A stretch of DNA of 35,370 bases from a virus (taxonomy: Duplodnaviria; Heunggongvirae; Uroviricota; Caudoviricetes): IMG/VR virus record IMGVR_UViG_2778261227_000014; one strand, given 5' to 3'. The notes under the pieces are model-generated. The model had not been told where the DNA came from and made no database searches. It was given only the letters and a program-made list of their open reading frames with translations. Below are positions 14,711 through 24,948 of this stretch, one piece after another. The position numbers and the translations under genes are program-made. The number at the start of each line of letters is the position of its first letter. Position 1 is the first letter of the stretch.

Positions 14711-15547
14711 ATGGCTAATGAAAAAAAGACATCCCGCAAAAAGTTTCGCGTGGCTGTCTCCGGATCAACTGTTGATGGCCGCGAAATCAGCCCGGTACAT
14801 CTGCGTGAAGCCGCCGAGAACTTCAACCCGGATGTTTACGCTGCCCGCGTGAACGTTGAGCACTATCTCTCGCCATGCCCGTCAAGCGAATTTTCCGCAA
14901 TGGGCGATGTCACCGCGCTGAGTACGGAAGATATTACGGAAGGCCCGCTGGCCGGACGTACTGCGCTGTATGCAGAAATCGAACCGACCGAGCGCATGAA
15001 GCAGCTTGTCGCTGACGGCAAGAAAATCTATTCCAGTATCGAACTGCACCCGCAGTTCTCCGTTAACGGACGCGCCTATCTGGTCGGGCTGGCGATGACC
15101 GACACCCCGGCAAGCCTGGGCACTGAGCGCCTGAAATTCACGGCACAGCAACGTCAGGCGGTGATGACGTTCAACAGTGTCCAGGGTGAAGCGCCGCTTA
15201 TCTCCGAAGCCATCGAGTCTGAAATCATCGAAATGGCAGAACAACGTCAGGAAGAAGGCACCCAGTGGTTTAACCGCGTAATGGGGATTATTGGCCGTGG
15301 CCGCAAAGCGGATGACGCCAGTTTTTCCCGCATCCAGGAAGCGGTGGAAGGCGTCGCAACGTCACAGGCCGACATTATCGACCGTTTTAATACACTGGAA
15401 ACCCGCCATCAGCAGGACAGCCAGAAAATCACGTCACTGACCACAGAGCTGACAGCACTGAAGGAGAAACTGCGCACGCAGGACGGCGATCCGCAGAACC
15501 GGTTCACCGCAACGGGCGCAGCCTCCGACCAGCTGGCTGACTTCTGA
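14711..15547 (+). CDS. O: Capsid scaffolding protein, P2 gpO-like
   Basis: ATG at 14711 (MANEKKTSRKKFRVAVSGSTVDGREISPVHLREAAENFNP) parallels the P2 O N-terminus; the track start at 14678 lacks an RBS. Confidence 0.85.
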   Translation: MANEKKTSRKKFRVAVSGSTVDGREISPVHLREAAENFNPDVYAARVNVEHYLSPCPSSEFSAMGDVTALSTEDITEGPLAGRTALYAEIEPTERMKQLVADGKKIYSSIELHPQFSVNGRAYLVGLAMTDTPASLGTERLKFTAQQRQAVMTFNSVQGEAPLISEAIESEIIEMAEQRQEEGTQWFNRVMGIIGRGRKADDASFSRIQEAVEGVATSQADIIDRFNTLETRHQQDSQKITSLTTELTALKEKLRTQDGDPQNRFTATGAASDQLADF

Positions 15548-15570
15548 TAAGACAAAGGAGCAAATTTTTT

Positions 15571-16623
15571 ATGAATCTGGTGATGTCAGATATTACCCGC
15601 AACAAGCTGGGTTGCTATATGGCGCAGCAGGCGTCGCTTAATAATATCCCGGTTTCCGCACTGGTATCGCGATTTACCGTAGAACCCTCGGTGCAGCAGC
15701 GTTTTGAAAACGCCTCAAAGGAAAGCACCGAATTTACGAAAAGAATTAACGTGATCGGCGTGACCGACCAGAAAGGCGAAAAAATCCTCCCGGACACCAC
15801 CGGGCCAATTGCACGCACGAATACCAGTTATGACGGCACAAAACGCCGTAACCCGAATAACGTGGTTGATCTGAAAAACCGCAAATACCAGTGCGAACAG
15901 GTGAACTACGACACGTTTATTTCATATCCGCAGCTTGATGCCTGGGCGGCACACCCTGATTTTCAGTCCCGCATCAGCGCACAGATTGCCCGGCAGGTGG
16001 CACTTGACCGCATCATGATCGGTTTCAACGGCACGTCTCACGCGGATGAGTCCAACTTCAGCACCAACAAGCTGCTTCAGGACGTTAACGTGGGGTGGCT
16101 GGAGCACATCAGAACCGACGCCAGCGAGCGCGTTATGAATGACGTGACGCTGACCTCCCGCAACATGGACAACACCGTGGCGCACGCGGGTAAGTATGCG
16201 AACGCTGATGCACTGGTACAGGACGCGCGCTCATCCCTGCTGGATGAATGGCACAAGGAAGCTGACGACCTCGTGGTGATTATGGGGCGCAACCTGTTTA
16301 ACTCGCTGCGTCTGCCCGTGCTGAACAGCATCAGCGGCCAGAATCCCAATGCGGAATTACTTGCCGGGCAGCTCATCCTGTCATCGCGCACCATTGGCGG
16401 GCTGGGCGTGTTCCTTGCGCCGTTCTTCCCGGATGCAACGATGCTGATCACCTCGTTCAACAACCTGTCGATTTACTGGCAGAAAGGTTCAATGCGTCGT
16501 CTGATGAAAGACGAACCGGAATACAACCGTATCGCCACCTACCAGTCCATCAATGACGCTTATGTCGTTGAAGACTATGGCAAGTGCGCGATGGTCACTG
16601 GCCTGAAGTTCGCCGACAGCTAA
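15571..16623 (+). CDS. N: Major capsid protein, P2 gpN-like
   Basis: 350 aa; AAGGAG RBS; blocks SRFTVEPSVQQ, GFNGTSHADES, GWLEHIR, DLVVIMGRNL, YVVEDY match P2 N (from memory). Confidence 0.9.
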   Translation: MNLVMSDITRNKLGCYMAQQASLNNIPVSALVSRFTVEPSVQQRFENASKESTEFTKRINVIGVTDQKGEKILPDTTGPIARTNTSYDGTKRRNPNNVVDLKNRKYQCEQVNYDTFISYPQLDAWAAHPDFQSRISAQIARQVALDRIMIGFNGTSHADESNFSTNKLLQDVNVGWLEHIRTDASERVMNDVTLTSRNMDNTVAHAGKYANADALVQDARSSLLDEWHKEADDLVVIMGRNLFNSLRLPVLNSISGQNPNAELLAGQLILSSRTIGGLGVFLAPFFPDATMLITSFNNLSIYWQKGSMRRLMKDEPEYNRIATYQSINDAYVVEDYGKCAMVTGLKFADS

Positions 16624-16668
16624 TCAACTCACGGCGGGCATCATGCCCGCCTGTAACGGAGAGAAAAA

Positions 16669-17469
16669 ATGATTACTCCTGCACAGCAACACTGGCAGAA
16701 CGTGATGGCACAGCGCGCAGGCCGGGCGAATGAAGGCGTGGACCACGCCGCGCGTACCGCGCATGAAGAGGTGCTGTATCGTCTGCGTCTGGCACAGGCC
16801 CGGCTTAAGGGCGTACAGGCCAGAAGCGCGAAAGCCGCCATCAAAAAAGAGTTGTTGCCGGACTTTTCCGGCTGGATTGAGGGAACGCTGGAGGCTGACG
16901 GCGGGCAGCAGGATGAAGTGATTGCCACGCTGATGGTGTGGGCGATTGACTGCGGCGATCTTCCGCTTGCGCTGCGTATTGGCGCGTATGTGGTCCGTCA
17001 CAACCTCATCATGCCGGATAACTTTGGCCGTACTGCTGCCACAGTGCTGACCGAAGAAATCTGCAACCCGGTACTGACGCAGGCCGGGACGGATGCCGAC
17101 GCGGATTTGTCCGCCTTTATCGAACCACTGGATACCCTCCGGGAGATTGTCACCGACCAGGACATGCCGGACGAAGTGCGCGCCAAATTATGCAAGGCGT
17201 GCGCCTTTGCCCGCCGTGGCCTGACCGATGCGGACAGCATGGCCCTGTCACTGAAGCTGCTGCGCGAAGCGATGCACCTGAACCCGAACGCAGGTGTGAA
17301 ACGCGAGATTGCAACCCTTTCCCGCGCCCTGAAAAAAGCCGATTCCGCAGCCGCACCAGAAGACGCCAGCGCACAGCAGGCGCAGGACGAAAGCAGCAAA
17401 AGTAAAAAGACAACGCGGAAGCCTGCAACACGAAAAACCACCGCGACGCAGAAGGCGAAGCGCGGTTAA
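16669..17469 (+). CDS. M: Terminase small (endonuclease) subunit, P2 gpM-like
   Basis: 266 aa; MPDEVRAKL and ELLPDF... blocks match P2 M; Lys/Arg/Thr-rich C-terminus; GGAGAG RBS. Confidence 0.85.
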   Translation: MITPAQQHWQNVMAQRAGRANEGVDHAARTAHEEVLYRLRLAQARLKGVQARSAKAAIKKELLPDFSGWIEGTLEADGGQQDEVIATLMVWAIDCGDLPLALRIGAYVVRHNLIMPDNFGRTAATVLTEEICNPVLTQAGTDADADLSAFIEPLDTLREIVTDQDMPDEVRAKLCKACAFARRGLTDADSMALSLKLLREAMHLNPNAGVKREIATLSRALKKADSAAAPEDASAQQAQDESSKSKKTTRKPATRKTTATQKAKRG

Positions 17470-17571
17470 CGACTGACCCCGTCAGCGGGCGGCGTGCGCG
17501 GTGTTCCGGTTTGACTCCGTGACCGTTTACACCGCGCACCCACCGCCCGATTTTTTTCAGGAGTGAACCCC

Positions 17572-18066
17572 ATGAGTATGGTTGCCAGAACTGAACCAAG
17601 ACCCGCAGAGGACGACATCACCGATACCGATGATGGCGACACTCGCATTTCAGCAGGTGCATTCTGGCCGGATATTGTGCTGCGCGAGCTGCGTCTGGCG
17701 GTACGACTGCCGGGCCGTGTGACCACCTCCCGCCTGCTGCATACCGCCACCGGGGCCGTGGCACACGTTACCCGCGAGCTGGAAGCATGGCAGCAGGAAC
17801 AGCAGGCGGCTGGCCATCAGACGCTGGCCGATGTTCCGGCACCCGTAATTAACGGAGAAAGCGTCAATCTCTGGCACTGGCGCAATGCGGTTTACACCGC
17901 CACACGCGCCCTGATTCTGGAGCGTTACCGCGATGCGGACACAACGGACAAGGGCGACCGCCGGGCGGACGCACTGGATATACAGACATCGGATTTGTGG
18001 CGCGATGTGAGCTGGGCCATCTCTGACATTCTGTGCCGCCCGCGAATCTTTGCGGAGTTGTGCTGA
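17572..18066 (+). CDS. L: Head completion/stabilization protein, P2 gpL-like
   Basis: ATG at 17572 with AGGAG 8 nt upstream (the track start at 17563 is GTG); LADVPAP..INGESV...ERYRDADTTDKGD...LWRDV parallels P2 L. Confidence 0.85.
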   Translation: MSMVARTEPRPAEDDITDTDDGDTRISAGAFWPDIVLRELRLAVRLPGRVTTSRLLHTATGAVAHVTRELEAWQQEQQAAGHQTLADVPAPVINGESVNLWHWRNAVYTATRALILERYRDADTTDKGDRRADALDIQTSDLWRDVSWAISDILCRPRIFAELC

Positions 18067-18266
18067 TGAAAGTGAAGGCACTGGAAGGCGACACCGTGGA
18101 TTCGCTCTGTTTCCGGTACTACGGCACGACGCAGGGCGTCACCGAAAAGGTGCTGGATGCCAACCCCGGACTCTGTCAGCAGGTATTTCTGGACGCCGGG
18201 CAGGAAGTGGAGATGCCGGAGCCGGAGAAGAAGAAACGAGAAATGATTCAGTTGTGGGGGGAGTAG
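18066..18266 (+). CDS. X: Tail protein X, P2 gpX-like
   Basis: 66 aa from ATG 18066 overlapping the L stop; MKVKALEGDTVDSLCFRYYGTTQGVTEKVLDANPGL parallels P2 X. Confidence 0.8.
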   Translation: MKVKALEGDTVDSLCFRYYGTTQGVTEKVLDANPGLCQQVFLDAGQEVEMPEPEKKKREMIQLWGE

Positions 18267-18268
18267 CA

Positions 18269-18592
18269 GTGAGCACCATTCAAACAGGGATCACAGAGCA
18301 GGTTATTGCGTGGCTCTTTGACCACCTGCCAACGGTGTATGCAGTAGGCGCGGCGGTCAGCATTTCCGCGCTGATGAGTCTTTATGACGGACGAACACTG
18401 GTTCAGACCGTAACGGGATCGCTGGCGTGCGGCGTTCTTGCCATGGCCGTGGCCGGGTCGTTGCGCTTCTTCGGTTTTCCTGAAGATGCCGTGACGTTTA
18501 TCGGCGCATCAATCGGTTTTATGGGGGCAGAGAAAGCACGCGACAAGGTTATTGCGGCCTTTAATCGCAGGGTGAAGGAGAAGGACGAATGA
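18269..18592 (+). CDS. Holin-like small membrane protein
   Basis: GTG at 18269 preceded by GGGGGGAG; about 107 aa with hydrophobic helices; directly upstream of the endolysin. Start uncertain. Confidence 0.55.
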   Translation: MSTIQTGITEQVIAWLFDHLPTVYAVGAAVSISALMSLYDGRTLVQTVTGSLACGVLAMAVAGSLRFFGFPEDAVTFIGASIGFMGAEKARDKVIAAFNRRVKEKDE

Positions 18593-18981
18593 GCAACACA
18601 TTTAAATTCAGCAGCCGGAGCGAAAAGAATTTGCAGGGCGTAAATCCTGATCTGGTGAAAGTGACCCGACGGGCACTGGAAATCTCGGAAGTGGATTTTG
18701 GTATCACCGAAGGGTTGCGCAGCCGTTACCGCCAGAAGCAACTGGTGGCCACGGGTAAGAGCCAGACCATGAACAGCCGCCACCTTACGGGGCATGCCGT
18801 GGATGTTGTGGCTTATATCGGCAGCCAGGTGTCATGGGAATGGTCGCTGTACGAAAAAATCGCAGCAGCATTCAGACAGGCCAGCCGGGAACTGAATATT
18901 CCGGTGGAATGGGGCGGCGACTGGAAGACCCTGAAAGACGGACCGCATTTTCAGTTACCACACGGAGCCTATCCGGCATGA
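18589..18981 (+). CDS. Endolysin, peptidase M15-type (not P2 K-type lysozyme)
   Basis: 130 aa; HLTGHAVDV and the downstream Asp/His arrangement resemble the zinc-binding site of M15 peptidoglycan peptidases; position in the lysis cassette. Confidence 0.65.
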   Translation: MSNTFKFSSRSEKNLQGVNPDLVKVTRRALEISEVDFGITEGLRSRYRQKQLVATGKSQTMNSRHLTGHAVDVVAYIGSQVSWEWSLYEKIAAAFRQASRELNIPVEWGGDWKTLKDGPHFQLPHGAYPA

Positions 18982-19385
18982 AGCTCTGGCCCACGCTGGG
19001 CGTCGCTTTCCTTCTGATTGCCGCATGGGGAACATCCATGCGTCTGTCGTGGTCGCTGGGCCGGGAGAACGCCAGAAACGAAGCGCAGGCCAGCGCCCTG
19101 AAAAGCACCGTCGACACCCTGAATATCATCAGCACCGGGGTACAGGATATGCAGCAGGTGCTGGCGCAACTCCGCGTGGAAAATCAACAGAGAAATCAGG
19201 ACGGAGAGGCCAGACGTGAACAGCTACGCAACGATATTGCAAAAGATGAATGCGCCCACGCTTTGCCTGACGCTCGTTTTACTGACAGGTTGCGCAGGCA
19301 CGCAGAACGCGCCACGGCCAGCGCCGTCAGTCCGGCTTATACCGCAGACGCTGACCATACCAGTAATGCCTCCCCCCTTCCCTGA
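18978..19385 (+). CDS. Inner-membrane spanin component (Rz/LysB-like)
   Basis: ATG 18978 overlapping the endolysin stop; N-terminal TM (MKLWPTLGVAFLLIAAWG) then charged coiled-coil region. Confidence 0.7.
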   Translation: MKLWPTLGVAFLLIAAWGTSMRLSWSLGRENARNEAQASALKSTVDTLNIISTGVQDMQQVLAQLRVENQQRNQDGEARREQLRNDIAKDECAHALPDARFTDRLRRHAERATASAVSPAYTADADHTSNASPLP

Positions 19386-19536
19386 TACTCCCACATGGGG
19401 AAATCTCGGTATATGGGGCGACCGCCTTCTGGATGCACTGGAAACCTGTAACGCGGATAAACGGGCCATTGAATTACTGGAACAGCGCAGGCTGCAACGA
19501 CTGAACAACGAGGACAACAACCATGCTGAAAACTGA
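19246..19536 (+). CDS. Outer-membrane lipoprotein spanin component (Rz1/LysC-like), overlapping the i-spanin in another frame
   Basis: Signal peptide with lipobox LLTGC (MNAPTLCLTLVLLTGCAG), proline-rich body; begins inside the i-spanin gene and extends past it. Confidence 0.7.
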   Translation: MNAPTLCLTLVLLTGCAGTQNAPRPAPSVRLIPQTLTIPVMPPPFPDTPTWGNLGIWGDRLLDALETCNADKRAIELLEQRRLQRLNNEDNNHAEN

Positions 19537-19990
19537 TTCCCTGCGTGAAGCCATGACCCGTTCATGCCGATGGTGTCAGGCCAACCCGGAAAAATTCACC
19601 ATTTTCGTGGAGAGCGGCAACATTGAAACGACCGGAGAAACGCCCTCGTTTGTTTACCGCTATCAGATGGTGATGTTTGTCATGGATTACGCCGGGGAGC
19701 TGGACGACCTCACGCTGCCGCTACTGGCGTGGTTATCAAAAAATCAGCCACAGTTGTTGCTCAATCCGGAGCGTAATCAGGACATCAAATTCTCCGCCGT
19801 TATCAATGACGATGACAGCGCCGATCTCCTGTTTACGCTCCCTCTGCGGGAACGCGTTCGCATCACGCGCAGCAGTCAGGGCACGCCGCAGGCAGAACAC
19901 CTGCCGGAGCCAAAACCCCGCCTGCCATCTTCCGAAGGCGACTGGTCGCATGTATTCCAGGATGTGACGTGGGGTGAAAGCGATGGATAA
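19523..19990 (+). CDS. R: Tail completion protein, P2 gpR-like
   Basis: 155 aa; MLKTDSLREAMTRS... and LPLLAWLSKNQPQ parallel P2 R. Confidence 0.85.
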   Translation: MLKTDSLREAMTRSCRWCQANPEKFTIFVESGNIETTGETPSFVYRYQMVMFVMDYAGELDDLTLPLLAWLSKNQPQLLLNPERNQDIKFSAVINDDDSADLLFTLPLRERVRITRSSQGTPQAEHLPEPKPRLPSSEGDWSHVFQDVTWGESDG

Positions 19991-20618
19991 GGCATTCACC
20001 CGCGTGGATGAAACCTTTGAGGCCATCCGCGACAGCCTGAATCAGCAGGCCATCAATAACATCACCAGAAAGCTGGCACAGGATTTACGCCGCGCCCAGC
20101 AGGCGCGTATCCGGTCACAGAAAGCGCCGGACGGGACCGCGTGGACACCACGCAGACGCCGCGTAACCCGGATACAGGAACGCATTCGCTTTATCTGGAA
20201 TAACGAAGCACGCACGCTGAAAAACTGGCATCACGACACGGGGAAATACGGGCGAACCATTACCGGGTGGGATGAGGATAAAAACAGCATCCGTACGTTT
20301 TACCGGGATGACATCGACCGTTTTCTGGAAATACGCACCCGGCGCATCAACCAGGACAGCACAAAGCGCGTCCCCATGTTCGTAAAACTGCGCACCGCCC
20401 GCTACCTGAAAGCCCGTGCAGATGCTTCCGGTGTGACGGTGGGTTACAGCGGCGTGGCCGCACGTATTGCCCGCGTTCATCAGTTCGGTGAGCGCGATCA
20501 GGTTGCGCCGGGCATTTTCACCGATTACCCGGTACGTGAGCTGTTGGGCATCAGTCAGGCAGATGAACGCCTGATTTATAACACGGTGCTGGGCCGGATT
20601 GCGGAGGCTGTACGGTGA
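19983..20618 (+). CDS. S: Tail completion protein, P2 gpS-like
   Basis: ATG at 19983 overlapping the R end; RIRSQKAPDGTAWTPRRRR resembles P2 S; longer than P2 S, so the start or a C-terminal extension is uncertain. Confidence 0.75.
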   Translation: MDKAFTRVDETFEAIRDSLNQQAINNITRKLAQDLRRAQQARIRSQKAPDGTAWTPRRRRVTRIQERIRFIWNNEARTLKNWHHDTGKYGRTITGWDEDKNSIRTFYRDDIDRFLEIRTRRINQDSTKRVPMFVKLRTARYLKARADASGVTVGYSGVAARIARVHQFGERDQVAPGIFTDYPVRELLGISQADERLIYNTVLGRIAEAVR

Positions 20619-21196
20619 GCGCAGAACTCATGCGACTGCTGAGCAATATCATCCGCACCGGGATCATCTCTGAAGTTGATGAGAAGTCCTGGCGCGTGCG
20701 CGTTCGCAGCGGCGAACTGGAAACAGGCTGGCTGCGCTGGAACACCACGCGCGCGGGAGCCTTCAATGTGTGGCTGCCGCCATCACCAGGCGAACAGGTG
20801 GTAATTGCCTGCATTGGCGGCAACCCGGAAACCGCCATGATAATTGGCAGCCTGTGGAGTGATGCCAGTCCGGCCCCCGGCAAAAGCCTGAAAGAAATCG
20901 TGATCAGCGCGCCGGACGGCGCGGTGTTCCGCTACGACGCGGACGCAGGCGCACTGAGCGCCAGCGGCATGAAAACGGCCACTTTACAGGCATCCGTCAG
21001 CGTGAAACTGGACACGCCCGTCGTGGAATGCACAAACCTTCTGAGAACGGCGACGCTTGACGTCACAAAAGGAGGAAAGATGAGCGGCAATATCACGCAC
21101 AGCGGCGGCAACTTCACCTCAAACGGCATTACCGTGCATACGCATAAACACGGTGGCGTGAAAGGTGGCAGCGATTCGACAGGAGGCCCGCAGTGA
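20615..21196 (+). CDS. V: Baseplate spike protein, P2 gpV-like
   Basis: GTG start; IRTGII...GW..W...RAG, CTNLL.TATLDV.KGG.M.GNI.H.GG...SNG...HTHKH blocks match P2 V. Confidence 0.85.
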   Translation: MSAELMRLLSNIIRTGIISEVDEKSWRVRVRSGELETGWLRWNTTRAGAFNVWLPPSPGEQVVIACIGGNPETAMIIGSLWSDASPAPGKSLKEIVISAPDGAVFRYDADAGALSASGMKTATLQASVSVKLDTPVVECTNLLRTATLDVTKGGKMSGNITHSGGNFTSNGITVHTHKHGGVKGGSDSTGGPQ

Positions 21197-21543
21197 CAAC
21201 CCGCTACACAGGAATGAATCCGGACGGGACGGGAAACCTGAACGATATGGAGCACCTGAAACAGTCAGTCAGGGACATCCTGATCACCCCGCTGGCAAGC
21301 CGGGTTATGCGACGGGAATATGGCAGCCTTGTGCCTGATTTGATTGACGAACCCATGAATAACACAACTCGTCTGCAATGCATGAGTGCTGCCGTGATTG
21401 CGCTGACACGATGGGAACCCCGCATTGCCCTGGACGCCATCGACGTTGTCTGGAAGGCAGGAGGCCGCGCCGGGGTGACGCTGTCGGGCACTGTCATGCA
21501 GACCATGCAGAATGTTGAATTAACCATCACGCTGAGAGAGTAA
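21193..21543 (+). CDS. W: Baseplate wedge protein, P2 gpW-like
   Basis: 116 aa; RVMRREYGSL and overall length match P2 W (GPW/gp25 family). Confidence 0.85.
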   Translation: MTTRYTGMNPDGTGNLNDMEHLKQSVRDILITPLASRVMRREYGSLVPDLIDEPMNNTTRLQCMSAAVIALTRWEPRIALDAIDVVWKAGGRAGVTLSGTVMQTMQNVELTITLRE

Positions 21544-21546
21544 ATC

Positions 21547-22443
21547 ATGCCTGCTGTTGACCTTTCCCAGTTACCGGAACCCGCCATCATCGCGGAGCCT
21601 GATTTTGAGGCAATTCTGGCTGACACAAAGGCCATGATGATTGCGTCCTATCCTGCCGAACAGCGTGAAGCCGTCTCCGCCGCGCTGGAGCTGGAATCAG
21701 AACCCCTGAACGTTATCGCTCAAACCATGTCTTTTCGTGAAATGCTGTTACGCCAGCGGGTTAACGAGGGCGCACGCGCCTGCATGTTAAGCCACGGTTC
21801 AGGGACAAACCTGGACAACCTCGCGGGCAATATGAACACAAAGCGCCTGGTTATCACTCCGGCAACGGATACCACCGACGCGGTGATGGAGAGCGACACC
21901 TCGCTGAGATTGCGGGCGCAACGGGCGTATGACGGCCTGAGTGTTGCTGGCCCGTCAGGTGCATACGAGTATTTTGCACGCAGCGCCAGCGGTCTGGTGC
22001 GTGATGCGCGGGCCATCAGCCCGTCTCCGGCCTGTGTGACGGTTTCCATCCTGTCCACTGAAGGCGACGGCACAGCAACGGAGGCGTTGCTTAATACCGT
22101 TCGCGCCGTTCTGAATGCAGAGGATACCCGCCCGGTGGCCGACCGCCTGACCGTACAGAGCGCCAGAATCGTGACATGGCGGCTGAATGCAAAACTGTAC
22201 TTTTACCCCGGCCCGGAATCCGAACCTATTCTGGCTGCGGCTGAATCGTCGTTCAGGAAGTGGCTGGCTGAACAGGGGCTTATCGGTCAGGACGTGGCGC
22301 TGTCCGCCATTGCTGCCGCACTTCATGTGCACGGCGTGCAACGCGTGGAGATAATCGAACCCACACAGAATATGGCCATCAGCGACATACAGGCGGCGCG
22401 CTGTGAGTCATTCACCATCAGCGAAGGTGGGCGTAATGAGTAA
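21547..22443 (+). CDS. J: Baseplate assembly protein, P2 gpJ-like
   Basis: 298 aa in the conserved V-W-J-I order. Confidence 0.85.
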   Translation: MPAVDLSQLPEPAIIAEPDFEAILADTKAMMIASYPAEQREAVSAALELESEPLNVIAQTMSFREMLLRQRVNEGARACMLSHGSGTNLDNLAGNMNTKRLVITPATDTTDAVMESDTSLRLRAQRAYDGLSVAGPSGAYEYFARSASGLVRDARAISPSPACVTVSILSTEGDGTATEALLNTVRAVLNAEDTRPVADRLTVQSARIVTWRLNAKLYFYPGPESEPILAAAESSFRKWLAEQGLIGQDVALSAIAAALHVHGVQRVEIIEPTQNMAISDIQAARCESFTISEGGRNE

Positions 22444-22966
22444 TTCACTGTTACCGCCATCAGCCAGCAGTTTCATGCGTTGCGCCGAAGCTGTCGGAGC
22501 GCGCATTACAGACATCCCGGTAGACCTCAACACGCTGTGGTCGCCGGACACCTGCCCGGTGCACCTGCTGCCTTATCTCGCCTGGGCATTTTCCGTTGAC
22601 CGCTGGGATCGCAACTGGCCGGAAGAGACAAAGCGACAGGTTATTCGTGATGCATGGCTGATACACCGACACAAAGGGACCATCAGCGCACTGCGCAGGG
22701 CCATTGAGCCGCTGGGATACCTCATTCGCGTGTCTGAGTGGTGGGAGTTCGGCGGAGAACCGGGAACATTTACCGTTGAAGTCGGCACGCTGGACAGTGG
22801 CGTGACGGAGGAAATGTATCTGGAAATGGAGCGGTTGATTGCTGATGCCCGCCCGGTCAGCCGCCACATGACAGGGCTGAATATCATTCAGGAGATCCCG
22901 GGGGATATTTTCGCGGCGGCAGCAACTTACGACGGTGAAGTCATTACCATTTATCCGGACTATTAA
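22436..22966 (+). CDS. I: Baseplate protein, P2 gpI-like
   Basis: ATG at 22436 overlapping the J stop; about 176 aa as in P2 I. Confidence 0.8.
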   Translation: MSNSLLPPSASSFMRCAEAVGARITDIPVDLNTLWSPDTCPVHLLPYLAWAFSVDRWDRNWPEETKRQVIRDAWLIHRHKGTISALRRAIEPLGYLIRVSEWWEFGGEPGTFTVEVGTLDSGVTEEMYLEMERLIADARPVSRHMTGLNIIQEIPGDIFAAAATYDGEVITIYPDY

Positions 22967-22968
22967 GC

Positions 22969-24948
22969 ATGAGTACCACAACACGAAAATTTAAAACCAT
23001 TATCACTGATACTGGTGCCAAAAAATTAGCTCAGGCTGCCGCGCCAGATGGTAATCCTGTCCGCCTGACTCATATGGCCGTGGGCGACGGTGGCGGCACG
23101 TTGCCCACACCAGACAGTAAGCAGACCCATCTGGTGCATGAGGTGTGGCGACATACTGTTAATCGCGTCATCCTGGACGCAACACATCAGAACCGCATTA
23201 TTGCAGAGCTGGTTATCCCTCCTGAAACGGGCGGGTTCTGGATCCGGGAAATTGGTGTATTTGATGAGCACGGCGATTTGATCGCGGTGGGCAATACTGC
23301 CGAAAGTTACAAGCCAACCGTTGCCGAAGGATCCGGACGTGCACAAACATTTCGCACCATTCTGACCGTATCCAGCACTGCCACCGTGGCGCTTACCGTG
23401 GATAACACCATGGTTATGGCCACAGTGGATTACGTGAATGACAAACTGAAAGAGCATGAACAGTCACGACGTCACCCGGACGCCTCGCTGACCGCAAAAG
23501 GCTTTGTTCAACTCAGTAGCGCCACCAACAGCACGTCTGAAGCACTGGCCGCAACGCCGAAAGCGGTCAAGGCAGCCTATGACCTTGCTAACGGGAAATA
23601 TACCGCTCAGGATGCCACGACGGCACGAAAAGGAATAGTCCAGCTCAGTAGCGCCACCAACAGCACGTCTGAAGCACTGGCCGCAACACCGAAAGCGGTA
23701 AAGACAGCATATGACCTTGCTAACGGGAAATATACCGCTCAAGACGCTACGACAGCACAAAAAGGGATTGTCCAGCTAAGCAGCGCGACTAACAGCACAT
23801 CTGAAACGCTTGCCGCGACACCGAAAGCAGTGAAAGCAGCTAATGACAATGCGAATGGTCGGGTACCTTCTGCCCGTAAGGTGAATGGTAAGGCGCTTTC
23901 AGCGGATATAACACTGACACCGAAAGATATTGGTACGCTTAACTCAACAACTATGTCATTCAGCGGTGGTGCTGGTTGGTTCAAATTAGCAACGGTAACC
24001 ATGCCGCAGGCGAGTTCTGTTGTTTCAATTACGTTGATTGGTGGGGCTGGATATAACGTCGGTTCACCTCAACAGGCAGGTATATCTGAACTTGTTTTGC
24101 GTGCAGGTGATGGTAATCCGAAGGGGATTACTGGTGCTTTATGGCAGCGCACATCGGCAGGGTTTACAAATTTTGCCTGGGTCAATACATCTGGTGATAC
24201 TTACGATATTTACGTTGCAATCGGAAATTATGCGACTGGTGTAAATATTCAATGGGATTATACCAGTAATGCCAGCGTAACGATTCATACATCACCAGCA
24301 TATTCTGCTAATAAGCCGGAAGGGTTAACGGACGGTACAGTTTATTCACTCTATACGCCATCAGAGCAGTTTTATCCGCCTGGCGCACCAATCCCGTGGC
24401 CATCGGATACCGTTCCGTCTGGTTATGCCCTGATGCAGGGGCAGACTTTTGACAAATCTGCCTACCCGAAACTTGCAGTCGCTTATCCGTCAGGCGTGAT
24501 CCCTGATATGCGTGGCTGGACGATTAAGGGCAAGCCCGCCAGTGGTCGTGCCGTATTGTCTCAGGAACAGGACGGCATTAAATCGCACACCCACAGCGCC
24601 AGCGCATCCAGTACGGATTTGGGGACGAAAACCACATCGTCGTTTGATTACGGAACTAAATCCACAAATAACACCGGAGCACATACACACAACTTTGCTT
24701 ACAACAATACTTCAGCATACGCAGAAACTCCCGGTACCGGTGGTGGAATGCATGCAACTAACACAAGCAAGACAGCAAGTAATCGCGTATTAAGCGCAGG
24801 AGCTCATACTCACACAGTAGCAATAGGTGCGCATACACATACGCTCGCTATTGGTTCGCACACACACACCATTACCATTGCCGCTTATGGCAACGCGGAA
24901 AACACCGTAAAAAACATCGCATTTAACTATATTGTGAGGCTTGCATAA
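22969..24948 (+). CDS. H: Tail fibre protein, P2 gpH-like, with internal tandem repeats and C-terminal His-Thr repeats
   Basis: 659 aa; conserved N-terminal anchor region; three tandem copies of about 40 aa; C-terminal [31 protein letters not shown]. Confidence 0.85.
   Translation: MSTTTRKFKTIITDTGAKKLAQAAAPDGNPVRLTHMAVGDGGGTLPTPDSKQTHLVHEVWRHTVNRVILDATHQNRIIAELVIPPETGGFWIREIGVFDEHGDLIAVGNTAESYKPTVAEGSGRAQTFRTILTVSSTATVALTVDNTMVMATVDYVNDKLKEHEQSRRHPDASLTAKGFVQLSSATNSTSEALAATPKAVKAAYDLANGKYTAQDATTARKGIVQLSSATNSTSEALAATPKAVKTAYDLANGKYTAQDATTAQKGIVQLSSATNSTSETLAATPKAVKAANDNANGRVPSARKVNGKALSADITLTPKDIGTLNSTTMSFSGGAGWFKLATVTMPQASSVVSITLIGGAGYNVGSPQQAGISELVLRAGDGNPKGITGALWQRTSAGFTNFAWVNTSGDTYDIYVAIGNYATGVNIQWDYTSNASVTIHTSPAYSANKPEGLTDGTVYSLYTPSEQFYPPGAPIPWPSDTVPSGYALMQGQTFDKSAYPKLAVAYPSGVIPDMRGWTIKGKPASGRAVLSQEQDGIKSHTHSASASSTDLGTKTTSSFDYGTKSTNNTGAHTHNFAYNNTSAYAETPGTGGGMHATNTSKTASNRVLSAGAHTHTVAIGAHTHTLAIGSHTHTITIAAYGNAENTVKNIAFNYIVRLA
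23497..23856 (+). repeat. About 3 x 120-bp tandem repeat inside the tail fibre gene
   Basis: Near-identical units encoding (K/R)G(F/I)[12 protein letters not shown](A/T)LAATPKAVK(A/T)[17 protein letters not shown]. Confidence 0.8.

Noticed and set aside
23497-24900. Repetitive DNA in the tail fibre region considered as a CRISPR array or mobile-element repeat
   Set aside because: The repeats are in-frame coding duplications within gene H (120-bp units without unique spacers), not a repeat-spacer array.
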